Assembly: GCA_965116495.1 (NCBI GenBank)
Contig: OZ220696.1
Location: forward strand, 2,400,001 to 2,464,000
Length of the DNA stretch: 64,000 nucleotides
Direction: 5' to 3'
Source: Gammaproteobacteria bacterium
GTDB taxonomy: Bacteria > Pseudomonadota > Gammaproteobacteria > Eutrophobiales > Eutrophobiaceae
Shown piece by piece: positions 18,125 to 27,629 of the stretch. Positions within the stretch are counted from its first letter, which is position 1; the number at the start of each line of letters is the position of its first letter. A program made the translations under genes and the position numbers. The notes beneath the pieces were generated by a model, which made no database searches, was not told where the DNA came from, and saw only the letters and a list, made by a program, of their open reading frames with translations.

Positions 18125-21100
18125 TCACTCAATCACTACCAGCAGGTCGCCGCTGTCAACCACGTGGTCGGGACTGACGACGATCCGTTTGACGATGCCG
18201 CTTTTCTCCGCGGGGATGGCCGACTGCATTTTCATTGCCTCCAGCACGACTACCGTATCACCTTGCCGGATACGTTCCCCCGCTGATACCTCGACCGCGA
18301 CGACCAGTCCGGGCATGGGCGCGGCCAGGTGATCGGGATTGGCGGGGTCTGCCTGTTCGTTCTGGTGGACCTCATAGCTCAGGTTATTGTCCCTGACGAT
18401 GACAGTCTGCGGCTGGCCGTTCAGTTCAAAAAATACCCGCCGCATTCCCTCTTCATCCGGTTCGGACGTGGCCAGGTAATGTACGATTGCCTGCCGGTTA
18501 TCCTCAAAGGATAAAACGGTTTCCTCCCCGCTTTCCAGTCCGTAGAAAAAGATATGGGTAGGCAGAATACTGACATCGCCGAATTTGCGTTCCATTTCCG
18601 CGTAGGCAAGAAAAACATTCGGGTACATCAGGTATGAAGCCAGGTCGAAATCGGATACTTCTTCCTTGAGCTGGCCTGAAAGGGTTTCCCGGGTATGTTC
18701 CAGGTCAATGGGTGACAGTGATTCGCCGGGGCGGCCCTGCAAGGGTGATTTGCCATTCAGGACCTTGGCCTGCAATGCCTGTGGGAATCCGCCGACAGGC
18801 TGCCCCATTTCCCCGTGAAAAAATTGAACCACTGATTCCGGGAAAGCGGTTTCCTTGTCGGGATCGAGTACGTCCTGTTTCGTCAATCCGGCCGTAACCA
18901 TCGCCAGGGCCATATCGCCGACCACCTTGGAGGTAGGGGTAACCTTGACGATGTCTCCGAACAACTCATTTACATCAGAATAGGCCTGGGCAATTTCGGA
19001 CCAACGTCTATCGATCCCCATAGCGCGCGCCTGTTCTCTCAGATTAGTATACTGGCCTCCGGGCATTTCATGGATGTAAACTTCCGAGGCGCCCGACCGG
19101 ATGCCGGGTTCAAAAGCGCAATACTGTTCTCTCACTTCTTCCCAATAGCCGCTGATAACCCGGATAGACTCCGTATCCAGCCCGGTTCCCCTATCCGTGT
19201 GTTCCAGGGATGCGACAATCGCGCCCATATTCGGTTGTGACGTGAGTCCGCTCATGCTGTCGATGGCGGCATCGACTATATCCGCGCCGGCTTCCACGGC
19301 AGCCAGCACGGTCGCTGCGGAAATACCGCTGGTATCATGGGTATGCAGATGCACCGGCAGGTCAATCTCCTGCTTTAATGCAGTAACCAGCAACCTTGCG
19401 GCACCCGGCTTGAGCAGGCCGGCCATGTCTTTTATACCCAGTATGTGCGCGCCCATATCCTGGTAGCGGCCGGCCAGGTCCAGGTAATAGTCCAGGTTGT
19501 ACTTTTGCTTTGTGGGGTTCTGGATATCACCGGTATAGCAGATTGCGGCCTCGATAATTTTTCCGGTTTCACCGACCGCATCGATGGCGACCTGCATGTT
19601 TTCCGGCCAGTTAAGGCTATCGAATATCCTGAATACATCAATGCCCGCATCGGCTGCCTGCTGAATAAAAAACCTGACCACGTTATCCGGATAATTTTTG
19701 TAGCCTACGGCATTCGACGCACGCAATAACATCTGTTGCATGATATTGGGCATGGCCGCGCTTAAATCGAACAGTCTCTGCCACGGGTCTTCATGCAGGA
19801 AGCGCAGCGCCACGTCGAACGTGGCCCCGCCCCAGGACTCGACGGAAAAAAGGCCGGACATGTTACGGGCATAACAGGGGGCTATCGCGATGAGGTCCCT
19901 GGCCCTGAGCCGGGTTGCCAGCAATGACTGGTGTGCATCGCGAAACGTGGTATCTGTGATGAGAGGCCGTTTTTGTTCTCCGATCCAGTTAACCAGGCCC
20001 CTGGCGCCGTACTCATCGAAAACAGCCTTGGCTCCGTTTGCCGGCAGTGCTCCAACGGCTACCGGTGGCGCGGGATCCCGTAAAGAGAGCGGGGCCGGCC
20101 TGTCCTTTACATCCTGGTTGCCGTTCACGATCACGTCGGCAATGAACCTCAGTAGCCGTTCAACCTGGCCCTGACCCCCGCTGGCCTCGAACAATTCCGC
20201 TGTCTCGTCGATGAAACGCGTGTTGTATTCACCGGATTGAAAGTCAGGGTGGGTCAAAAGCTGTAACAAGAACGGCAGGTTGGTTGCAACGCCGCGCACG
20301 CGGAATTCCATTAACGCCCGCCTCATCCGGTTGATGCTTTCATCACCGTCGCTGCCGCGCGCGGTGACCTTGACCAGCAGGCTGTCGTAGGCGCGCGAGA
20401 TCCAGGCCCCGGTATAGGCGGTGCCGCCGTCAAGCCGGATACCTGGCCCTGAAGGGCTCCGGTAGGCGATGATATTGCCGTAATCCGGGATAAAGTTGTT
20501 GTGCGGGTCCTCAGCGGTAACCCGGCATTGAATGGCGGTACCAGAGACGCGGATATCGGATTGCGACGGTACCAGGGAACCGGACTTGCCGATCTTTTCG
20601 CCTTCCGCGATCCTGATCTGCGCCTTCACGAGATCAATGCCCGTTATTTCTTCGGTGACCGTGTGCTCAACCTGGATCCTCGGGTTGACCTCGATGAAAT
20701 AGAAGGCCTTGTCGGTCTTGTTGTAGAGGAACTCGACGGTGGCGGCATTATTGAGTTTTGCCTTACGGGCCAGCTTGACCGCCGCCCGGCAGATTTCGGT
20801 ACGTACTTTTTGCGGCAGGTAAATGGCCGGGGCGCGCTCGATGACTTTTTGGTGGCGGCGCTGTAACGAACAGTCACGTTCATACAAATGCACGACATTA
20901 CCGTAATGATCGCCGAGGATTTGCACTTCGATATGCATCGCATCCTCAACCAGTTTTTCGAAAAATACTTCATCATTGCCGAAAGAGGTGTGCGCCTCCT
21001 GGCGCGCACGCTTCACCGTGTCGTGCATTCCCCCGGAATCCCTGATAACCCTCATGCCGCGACCGCCGCCGCCCCAACTGGCCTTCAGCATCAGGGGGAA

Positions 21101-21577
21101 CCCGATTGCCCTGGCAATATGTTCCGTTTCCTGCTCGTCCTCGGGCAGCGGACCCGACGCCGGCATCACCGCAATACCGGCCTTGACGGCCAGCTCCCGC
21201 GCCTTGACCTTGTTGCCCAGGTCCCGCAGCACTCCTGCCTCCGGGCCGATAAAACTGATGCCGTGCTGTTCACACAGTTCGGCGAAATCAGCATTCTCGG
21301 ATAAGAAGCCATAACCCGGATGAAGCGCGTCACACTCGGATTCCACGGCGGTGCGCACTATATCCGCACCGTTCAGGTATGCCTCGACAGGACCCGAGCC
21401 TATGCCTACCTGGTAAGACTGGTCCGGCTTGAACCGGTGCAGGGCAAGACGATCTTCCTCTGAGAAGATACCCACCGTACCGATACCCAGTTCTTTCGCT
21501 GCGCGTATGACCCGAATGGCGATCTCGCCGCGGTTGGCGATGAGTATCCGATTGAAATTGTGTTTTGTTTTCAGCAA
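18125..21577 (-). CDS. pyc: Pyruvate carboxylase
   Basis: Biotin carboxylase motifs ANRGEIAIR and RDCSLQRRHQK; carboxyltransferase motifs RDAHQSLLATR and HEMPGGQYTNL; biotin site EAMKM. Confidence 0.97.
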   Translation of the reverse strand: MLKTKHNFNRILIANRGEIAIRVIRAAKELGIGTVGIFSEEDRLALHRFKPDQSYQVGIGSGPVEAYLNGADIVRTAVESECDALHPGYGFLSENADFAELCEQHGISFIGPEAGVLRDLGNKVKARELAVKAGIAVMPASGPLPEDEQETEHIARAIGFPLMLKASWGGGGRGMRVIRDSGGMHDTVKRARQEAHTSFGNDEVFFEKLVEDAMHIEVQILGDHYGNVVHLYERDCSLQRRHQKVIERAPAIYLPQKVRTEICRAAVKLARKAKLNNAATVEFLYNKTDKAFYFIEVNPRIQVEHTVTEEITGIDLVKAQIRIAEGEKIGKSGSLVPSQSDIRVSGTAIQCRVTAEDPHNNFIPDYGNIIAYRSPSGPGIRLDGGTAYTGAWISRAYDSLLVKVTARGSDGDESINRMRRALMEFRVRGVATNLPFLLQLLTHPDFQSGEYNTRFIDETAELFEASGGQGQVERLLRFIADVIVNGNQDVKDRPAPLSLRDPAPPVAVGALPANGAKAVFDEYGARGLVNWIGEQKRPLITDTTFRDAHQSLLATRLRARDLIAIAPCYARNMSGLFSVESWGGATFDVALRFLHEDPWQRLFDLSAAMPNIMQQMLLRASNAVGYKNYPDNVVRFFIQQAADAGIDVFRIFDSLNWPENMQVAIDAVGETGKIIEAAICYTGDIQNPTKQKYNLDYYLDLAGRYQDMGAHILGIKDMAGLLKPGAARLLVTALKQEIDLPVHLHTHDTSGISAATVLAAVEAGADIVDAAIDSMSGLTSQPNMGAIVASLEHTDRGTGLDTESIRVISGYWEEVREQYCAFEPGIRSGASEVYIHEMPGGQYTNLREQARAMGIDRRWSEIAQAYSDVNELFGDIVKVTPTSKVVGDMALAMVTAGLTKQDVLDPDKETAFPESVVQFFHGEMGQPVGGFPQALQAKVLNGKSPLQGRPGESLSPIDLEHTRETLSGQLKEEVSDFDLASYLMYPNVFLAYAEMERKFGDVSILPTHIFFYGLESGEETVLSFEDNRQAIVHYLATSEPDEEGMRRVFFELNGQPQTVIVRDNNLSYEVHQNEQADPANPDHLAAPMPGLVVAVEVSAGERIRQGDTVVVLEAMKMQSAIPAEKSGIVKRIVVSPDHVVDSGDLLVVIE

Positions 21578-21728
21578 AAACAGAGTGTCTCTGGGTGCTT
21601 ACCGGTACAAATATATTATCCTAATATAAGCTCTCAGTCGCTTCCGATTTCAGGTTCGGTACGAGAGCCAGCTGCGCGCTAATTGTATCCCAGGCAGAGC
21701 CCGGTTCTTCCTGAACAAGGCCAACCAT

Positions 21729-21877
21729 CTCCCAACTTCGACGGTTTATTCCGCTAAGTAGTTGATTTTATTGAAGGCGAGTTTGCCCGTAGGCACTACA
21801 ACGGCCCGTCTGGACACCCGCGTTGATTTATATGGAGTTTTCAGCCCGTCAGGACGCTAAACCGTCGAAGTCGGGAG
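21729..21877. mobile_element. MITE-like / IS-end remnant (149 bp)
   Basis: Inverted repeat CTCCCAACTTCGACGGTTTA ... TAAACCGTCGAAGTCGGGAG (19/20 match); no coding capacity, no clear TSD. Confidence 0.65.
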
Positions 21878-21924
21878 CTTCCTGACTTGGTTCTGGCTTG
21901 GCCAGGTTAGGACGGAAGAATAAT

Positions 21925-21984
21925 ATGCCTCATTTTATCCTGGAATATTCGGCCAATCTTGATGATGACCTGGACCTGGCCTAA
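21925..21984 (+). pseudogene. N-terminal fragment of 5-carboxymethyl-2-hydroxymuconate isomerase (tautomerase fold)
   Basis: MPHFILEYSANLDDDLDLA*, the typical Pro-1 CHMI start, with an early TAA. Confidence 0.6.
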
Positions 21985-22029
21985 GCCGCCTGGAGCCTGC
22001 CTCCGTGCAGGCGGCCTGTTCCAACCGCT

Positions 22030-22300
22030 GATGCTACGGGCCGCGCTATCGAAACTGCAAATCGTGGGAACCCTGGCCGCGGGCCTGCTGTTTATGAACA
22101 TACTCAAACTCAGCGCCTATTCCTGGTACGGCTTCGATTACAGCCCCTATTACAGCGTCATCCTGGCCGCCATCCCCGGCGCCTTCCTGGGAAAGAAACT
22201 GCTGCACCACATCCCCGAAGACCGCTTCAGGCTGATCTTCAGACTCATCATGAACTGCTTCGCCCTGAGACTCTTGCACTGGGCCTGGGTGTTGTTTTGA
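22030..22300 (+). pseudogene. C-terminal fragment of a TauE/SafE-like membrane protein
   Basis: Hydrophobic segment ...IPGAFLGKKLLHHIPEDRFRLIF..., lacking the N-terminal half; left boundary approximate. Confidence 0.5.
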
Positions 22301-22316
22301 TGAATCTGCCATCCTG

Positions 22317-22604
22317 TCATTCAAAGTCATCAGGCCATTTTCTGGCTGAATGATAGACGCGCAGGATTTCCAATGCGTTTTTCTTAACTTGGTAAGGGAC
22401 AATGAAAGGAGCGCCCGAAAGCACCAGTCCCCGAGTTCCGGGAACCCTGCCAACTCTCCCAAGATTGGGATGTTCGCTGAGGTGATGAATTTCGCTGTAT
22501 ATCACATCCAGTGTTTTATCGGCGGCCAGTGGATTATCCGCAAGGATGTAATCGAAGATTTCAATTAAATCCTGTTCTGCCTCAGGCGATATCCTTATCT
22601 TCAT
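22317..22604 (-). CDS. RelE/ParE-family toxin
   Basis: MKIRISPEAEQDLIEIFDYI..DNP.AA, HPNLGR.GRVPGTR and EILRVYHSAR.W motifs. Confidence 0.9.
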   Translation of the reverse strand: MKIRISPEAEQDLIEIFDYILADNPLAADKTLDVIYSEIHHLSEHPNLGRVGRVPGTRGLVLSGAPFIVPYQVKKNALEILRVYHSARKWPDDFE

Positions 22605-22614
22605 TTGCTCCTGA

Positions 22615-22857
22615 CTATTGCTTGTGTCGGATTTTGGCTCGCAGCTCCTCGACGACTGCCTCAAAATCTTTGCCGGTGCCTCTTGCAAGTGTTAATTGCG
22701 CCTGCTCAATACCTAGCCTGTGTTGATCAGTTTGCTCTGAAATATACTGCTTTAATGCAACTTCAATTACCTGATCCCTTGGTTTATTCATCACCTTTGC
22801 AAGCCGATCCAACCCGGTCGAAACCTCATCGGTCGTATGGATGTTGATAGTTGACAC
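22615..22857 (-). CDS. RHH/CopG-type antitoxin
   Basis: 80 aa with TINIH...LDRLAK...R..VIE.AL..Y; directly upstream of the toxin. Confidence 0.8.
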   Translation of the reverse strand: MSTINIHTTDEVSTGLDRLAKVMNKPRDQVIEVALKQYISEQTDQHRLGIEQAQLTLARGTGKDFEAVVEELRAKIRHKQ

Positions 22858-23005
22858 CTTTCATTCTTCTAATTGATTGCAGTGCAATTATCTCCCTCCT
22901 ATGTCAGAGCTGTCAAGAGGATAATCGGGGTTGATTGATACACTCCTTGCATGTCCGGTTAAGGGCTGGTTCGTACCGATAGAATCTACTGGCACGGGTA
23001 GTGTC

Positions 23006-23020
23006 GTATTTTGAAAATAC
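23006..23020. promoter_or_regulatory. Palindrome upstream of vapBC, candidate autoregulatory operator
   Basis: GTATTTT-G-AAAATAC in the intergenic region between the divergent TA pairs. Confidence 0.4.
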
Positions 23021-23076
23021 ACGATATAAAATGCCTATTATGCTATCATTAATACTTCTCTGATTGAGGATGATAC

Positions 23077-23322
23077 ATGCAATTATCGTTAACCAACCTG
23101 CGCTCGGGCACCCATGAGCTACGACAGGCTATTGAACGCGGAGAAGTAGTTGAACTGACCTTTCACGGCAAAGTCATCGGGCAGGTCAATCCTGCCAGAA
23201 TGGAGAATTATAAAATTGATGAGCGAATCGTAAATGCCTATTTCAACCGAAGGGAGGGGGATGACCCTTATGCCGCAATAGAGCAACTCAAACAGGCAAG
23301 AAGAAGACGTGGTACCAAATGA
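23077..23322 (+). CDS. vapB: Phd/YefM-like antitoxin
   Basis: SLTNLR...AIERGEVVELT.HGK pattern; overlaps the PIN toxin start by 4 bp. Confidence 0.75.
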   Translation: MQLSLTNLRSGTHELRQAIERGEVVELTFHGKVIGQVNPARMENYKIDERIVNAYFNRREGDDPYAAIEQLKQARRRRGTK

Positions 23323-23702
23323 TATTTGATACGGACATCTTCATTTTTGCGGAAAGAGGTGACAAAAAAGCGCAGGAAGCTATTCTTGGCGAGAAGGATA
23401 TAAGAATATCAGTGGTTTCTCGTATGGAACTTGTGCAGGGCTGCCGGAATAAAAAAGAACTCGCTGACCTAGAGAATTTTTTACAGACGATAAAATGCCG
23501 CATTATTCACTGTTCCAATGAAATCAGTATCACTGCCGACGTTTTAATCCGGCAATATGCGCTCAGTAATAACCTCAGCCTGGGCGATGCGTTTATTGCA
23601 GCAACAGCGCTTCATCATCAGGAGACCTTGCATACGGCCAATTACAAGGATTTCCGTTTTATTGACGGACTGACCGTTAAGCGTTTCAGACCGTCATTGT
23701 AG
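23319..23702 (+). CDS. vapC: PIN-domain ribonuclease toxin
   Basis: IFDTDIFI, MELVQG, DAFIAATAL and TAN.KDF motifs. Confidence 0.92.
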   Translation: MIFDTDIFIFAERGDKKAQEAILGEKDIRISVVSRMELVQGCRNKKELADLENFLQTIKCRIIHCSNEISITADVLIRQYALSNNLSLGDAFIAATALHHQETLHTANYKDFRFIDGLTVKRFRPSL

Positions 23703-23744
23703 TCGGGGTAGCATTTAAACCGATGTGGATATTACGAAAAGCAA

Positions 23745-24569
23745 CTACGGCAGCTTGCCCGAGGGATTGGTACGGTCCGTGGTGAACGCCTCCTGCCACT
23801 CGCCCAGTTTTTCCTCGAAATCTTCCCACTCGCTCAGTTCGGTCTTGTTCCTGTACATGGCGAACGGGCGCAGGCTGTCAAAATAAAACTGCACCTGCTC
23901 ATCGGTCCTGAACTTTTCCGCTTCGTAGCGGTTCCAGTGAACCACCTGCCGCAGGGGCCGGCGGTACCTTGAGGAGACGTCTTTCGCAGGAAAGCCTATG
24001 GGGATGGTGCCGTAGGCCCTGAGAAACGGGGGGTATCCAAGCAGTTCGCTCAACTCCTCGTTGGTCTGCTGCTCGCCGCCGCCGGACAGCCAGGCCGAGG
24101 TCAGGCCGTTGGCTGTGATCGCCAGTTGTATGTTCTGGATTGCAGCGCCGATGGAACAATAAAAGATATTTTCGTTATTCTGTTGGTAATCTGCTTCACT
24201 TTCCGGGGTCACGCCGTGGGGAAAATTGATATTCCAGCGCCGGTCCCCCAGTACGATGAAAATGGCTACCGTGTTATTCAGGTAACTCTTGTAAACGGAA
24301 GGGAACCCTTTTGCGTATTTCTTCAGGCGGTCGGCCTGCCGCAGGAACACCTCCACCACCCGGTCCCGCATGTCCGGGTCTTCCACGACAATGAAGTCCC
24401 AGGGTTGCACGTTGGCGCCGCTCGGCGCCCAGCGCCCGGCCTCGGCAATACGTTCCAGCACCTCGCGGGAGATGGATCGTCCCTTCTCGAAGCGGCGCAC
24501 GCTACGCCGCTTGCGGATTATATCGATGAACGAATCGTAGTCGGGATTGTTCAGCTTTACGTTAGCCAC
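23745..24569 (-). CDS. Nitroreductase-family flavoprotein
   Basis: RRSVRRF, WAPSGANVQPWDFIVV and GAAIQNIQLA motifs; likely GTG start overlapping the receptor stop. Confidence 0.88.
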   Translation of the reverse strand: MANVKLNNPDYDSFIDIIRKRRSVRRFEKGRSISREVLERIAEAGRWAPSGANVQPWDFIVVEDPDMRDRVVEVFLRQADRLKKYAKGFPSVYKSYLNNTVAIFIVLGDRRWNINFPHGVTPESEADYQQNNENIFYCSIGAAIQNIQLAITANGLTSAWLSGGGEQQTNEELSELLGYPPFLRAYGTIPIGFPAKDVSSRYRRPLRQVVHWNRYEAEKFRTDEQVQFYFDSLRPFAMYRNKTELSEWEDFEEKLGEWQEAFTTDRTNPSGKLP

Positions 24570-26844
24570 CCCAGTTATATCGAACGGTTCCGCCAAACCA
24601 GCGCGGCGGGTTGGGCACATCGATGAGTGTCCCCACGAAAGTGCTCAGATCGAATACGGTTGCCACGTAATCTTCATTGGTGAAATTCTTCAGCCACAAA
24701 CCGAGTTCCCACCTGCCGTCGCTGGTGGTGTAGTCAACCCTGGCGTTTGCTACGATATAAGAACCATCAAACAGGGCGGGATGGTCAATACCGTTCAGGG
24801 CCCGCCGGTCAACATAGTTGAAATCAACCTGGGCAGCCATCGAGCCTCCGAGCATGGGCCATGCATAGCGGCCCAGACCGTTAAACGTCACATCAGGCGC
24901 ATTCGGCATGGGCATGTCCCGGGTAGCTCCGGCAAATGTGATGTCTTTTTGTTTGGCATCCTGCAGGGAGAGGCCAAGAAGGAGTTCCAGGCCGTCGAAC
25001 GGATTGGCAATCAGCTCGATTTCAGCTCCCGTGTTCTCGGCGTCAGTATTAAATACTATCAGGTTAATCCCCTGCGCAGAAAAATTCTGGAAGCCTTGAT
25101 AGTCATAATGAAACACGCTTGCATTGAAGCGCGCCCTGCCATTAAACAGGCTGGCTTTAACTCCACCTTCATAACTCTTCAACACCTCACCGTCGAATTC
25201 GAATAAGGTATCTGCATCAAACAGGAACGTCGCCCCGGCGTTGAAGCCACCCGCTTTATTGCCGCGACTGTATTTTGCATATACCAGCAAATCGTCAGTG
25301 GGCGTCCAATCCAGTTCAAACACTCCCGACCATTCTCCCTCACTGCGCTTTCTGGCAAGAGGTGGGCCGAGCTGCGCCAAGCCCCCGAAAAAGAAGTCAC
25401 AGGGGTCGGCAGGCAAGCCGAATGCTTCACCCGGTCCTGCATTGTGACAGAGCGGTATTGCAGCAATATCTTTTTTGTCCTCCGTCCAGCGGAACCCGCC
25501 TATGACTGTAAACTGATCGGTTAACGCATACTCAGCCTGCAGGAAGAACGCATAGCTTTCCGTTTCAAGTTCGATGTGATTGTCGAAATCAACCAGGCAA
25601 CAGTTCACCAGATCCGTATAAACTCCAATGTCATTGTCAATATTCAGGTAATAGGCGCCGGCCACCCATTTCAACTGATCTGTTTCACCGTGTATTTGTA
25701 GTTCCTGGGAAATCTGATTGCTATCCACATCCTGGTAATATGTAAACAACGGGGCCGGTGTGCTATCCGTATCTTCCAGGTATTGCTTCTCAAAATCCTG
25801 CCAGTTGGTAATGGACACGATTTTCAATCCGTCACTTATGGCCCATTCGATCTTGCCTGTTATTCCATAGTGATCACGTTTAAAAAATCCCGGTTCATCC
25901 AGGGCGACCTTGTTGTCACCGTCGTCCGGTTCGGTAAATCCGAAACAGTCGGTTGCTCCGGGCGCCAATGGGAACGGCGGTCCCAACCAGGCTGCGCAAA
26001 AGGCATCCTGCTGCGCAGTCGTCCCTATCTTGGTCAAACCATCGCCGACAAGTCCGGGTATCGCGCCTGGGGCGAAATCGTTCAATCCGGATCGAACATG
26101 ATATCCCTGGCCGTAAGCGTCGTCGCGGCTGTAGGTTCCGGTTATGTGTATGGACAAATCATCACTGGGTTCAAAAAGTAATTGGGCGCGGCCACTGAAA
26201 TTATCGACGTCGTTTACATCCGGGCCGATCCGGTTTTCCTGGTACCCGTCGGTATTTTCATAAGCAAGGGATAAACGGCCTGACAAGCTGTCCCCGAGAG
26301 GTCCGCTTGCAGCGCCTTCGGCGCGTATCTGGCCGAATTCCCCACCTGTCAGTTCAAGATATCCTTCGTTCTCACGGGTCGGTTTGTTGGAGATTACATG
26401 CACCAGCCCGCCTGTTGCGTTACGTCCGAACAGGGTGCCCTGTGGGCCGCGTAGAACCTCGATGCGGTCGATGTCAAAAAAGCTGAACGCGACACCACCC
26501 ATATAACTGTTGTAAATTCCGTCCGAATAAACGGCGACCGGAGGTTCCTGGTGGTCGGCAAAGTCCAACTGGGCCGACCCGCGGATGGTGAACTGGGTAG
26601 TCGTACCGCTGCCGAAGTCCGTCACCAAAAGGCCGGGGACCATATCATCCAGTTGCAGTGTCGAGGTAATGCCCAGCTGTTTAAGCTGTTTGCCGGAGTA
26701 AGCGGTGATGGAAATACCGACATCCTGCAAGCTTTGTTCGCGTTTCTGCGCGGTGACAACTACTTCCTCCAGGACCTGTGCAAACGGATGCGCGGTAAAC
26801 AGCAAAACGGTTACAAACACTGCAACACGACTGGTAATTTTCAT
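24562..26844 (-). CDS. TonB-dependent receptor
   Basis: Signal peptide, LEEVVVTAQKREQSLQDV, IEVLRGPQGTLFGRNATGG, C-terminal PRWFGGTVRYNW. Confidence 0.95.
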   Translation of the reverse strand: MKITSRVAVFVTVLLFTAHPFAQVLEEVVVTAQKREQSLQDVGISITAYSGKQLKQLGITSTLQLDDMVPGLLVTDFGSGTTTQFTIRGSAQLDFADHQEPPVAVYSDGIYNSYMGGVAFSFFDIDRIEVLRGPQGTLFGRNATGGLVHVISNKPTRENEGYLELTGGEFGQIRAEGAASGPLGDSLSGRLSLAYENTDGYQENRIGPDVNDVDNFSGRAQLLFEPSDDLSIHITGTYSRDDAYGQGYHVRSGLNDFAPGAIPGLVGDGLTKIGTTAQQDAFCAAWLGPPFPLAPGATDCFGFTEPDDGDNKVALDEPGFFKRDHYGITGKIEWAISDGLKIVSITNWQDFEKQYLEDTDSTPAPLFTYYQDVDSNQISQELQIHGETDQLKWVAGAYYLNIDNDIGVYTDLVNCCLVDFDNHIELETESYAFFLQAEYALTDQFTVIGGFRWTEDKKDIAAIPLCHNAGPGEAFGLPADPCDFFFGGLAQLGPPLARKRSEGEWSGVFELDWTPTDDLLVYAKYSRGNKAGGFNAGATFLFDADTLFEFDGEVLKSYEGGVKASLFNGRARFNASVFHYDYQGFQNFSAQGINLIVFNTDAENTGAEIELIANPFDGLELLLGLSLQDAKQKDITFAGATRDMPMPNAPDVTFNGLGRYAWPMLGGSMAAQVDFNYVDRRALNGIDHPALFDGSYIVANARVDYTTSDGRWELGLWLKNFTNEDYVATVFDLSTFVGTLIDVPNPPRWFGGTVRYNWGG

Positions 26845-26893
26845 TTCGTCTCCCCTTTTTTTAACCAATTTCGTTTGGGCATTATAGTCACAA

Positions 26894-27496
26894 CTATTCC
26901 GGATTAGCAAAACCCACGCGCATTGCAATCCGGGTACACTTCTTGTTATTGCAGTCTGTTACATCATCGGCGCACGCGCTTACCGCCACCAAGCAGTCTG
27001 TTTCCGCCCTTAATTCGATGTGGTCGCCTTTTCTGGATGGCGCTGCTGCAACAAATAGTTCACCATCTTCCCGCACCCCGGTATTCATGAATATATTGAA
27101 GGGATCAGGCAGGTTATCTGCAGATATTCCAAACGGCTCTATGGCCGCAGACAGGTTCTCGAAACAGCCGTTGCGCGGACCGACGCCCAGTAAGTGTTCA
27201 TAAATATAAGAATGGCAGGGGCAGAAAACAATATCATGGACGCCGACGCTATCCGCCACGATTGTAAACATGACGTTATCGCGATTTGATATGAGTTGGG
27301 AGCCGACCGTGAGCTGTGTGCTCCAGTTGCGCACCCGGGTTTTGGCCTGGGAGAATTTTTCCGCATAATCGGTAAGTGAGAAGCAGACGAAATCGGCAAC
27401 CTGCCCGCCGTCCAGGTCTTCCACACGCAGAACCTGTCCCCGTTTTACCTGAACCGCCTTACCGGACTTGGGTTCGATAACGATTTTATTATTCAT
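26894..27496 (-). CDS. DUF1989 (urea carboxylase-associated family) protein
   Basis: GQVLRVED..GGQVAD, HDIVFCPC, GCFENL, PFNIFMN and SAC......CN motifs. Confidence 0.85.
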   Translation of the reverse strand: MNNKIVIEPKSGKAVQVKRGQVLRVEDLDGGQVADFVCFSLTDYAEKFSQAKTRVRNWSTQLTVGSQLISNRDNVMFTIVADSVGVHDIVFCPCHSYIYEHLLGVGPRNGCFENLSAAIEPFGISADNLPDPFNIFMNTGVREDGELFVAAAPSRKGDHIELRAETDCLVAVSACADDVTDCNNKKCTRIAMRVGFANPE

Positions 27497-27629
27497 TCTG
27501 CCCTCCACATATATATCGCATTCTGAGTGATCATTGTACTGTTTGCCAAAAGTTCCTGACATACTCATATAGGGTTACATCCATGGGCCTGCCTTAATGA
27601 TATTATCGGGAATTATATACTTAATTGTA

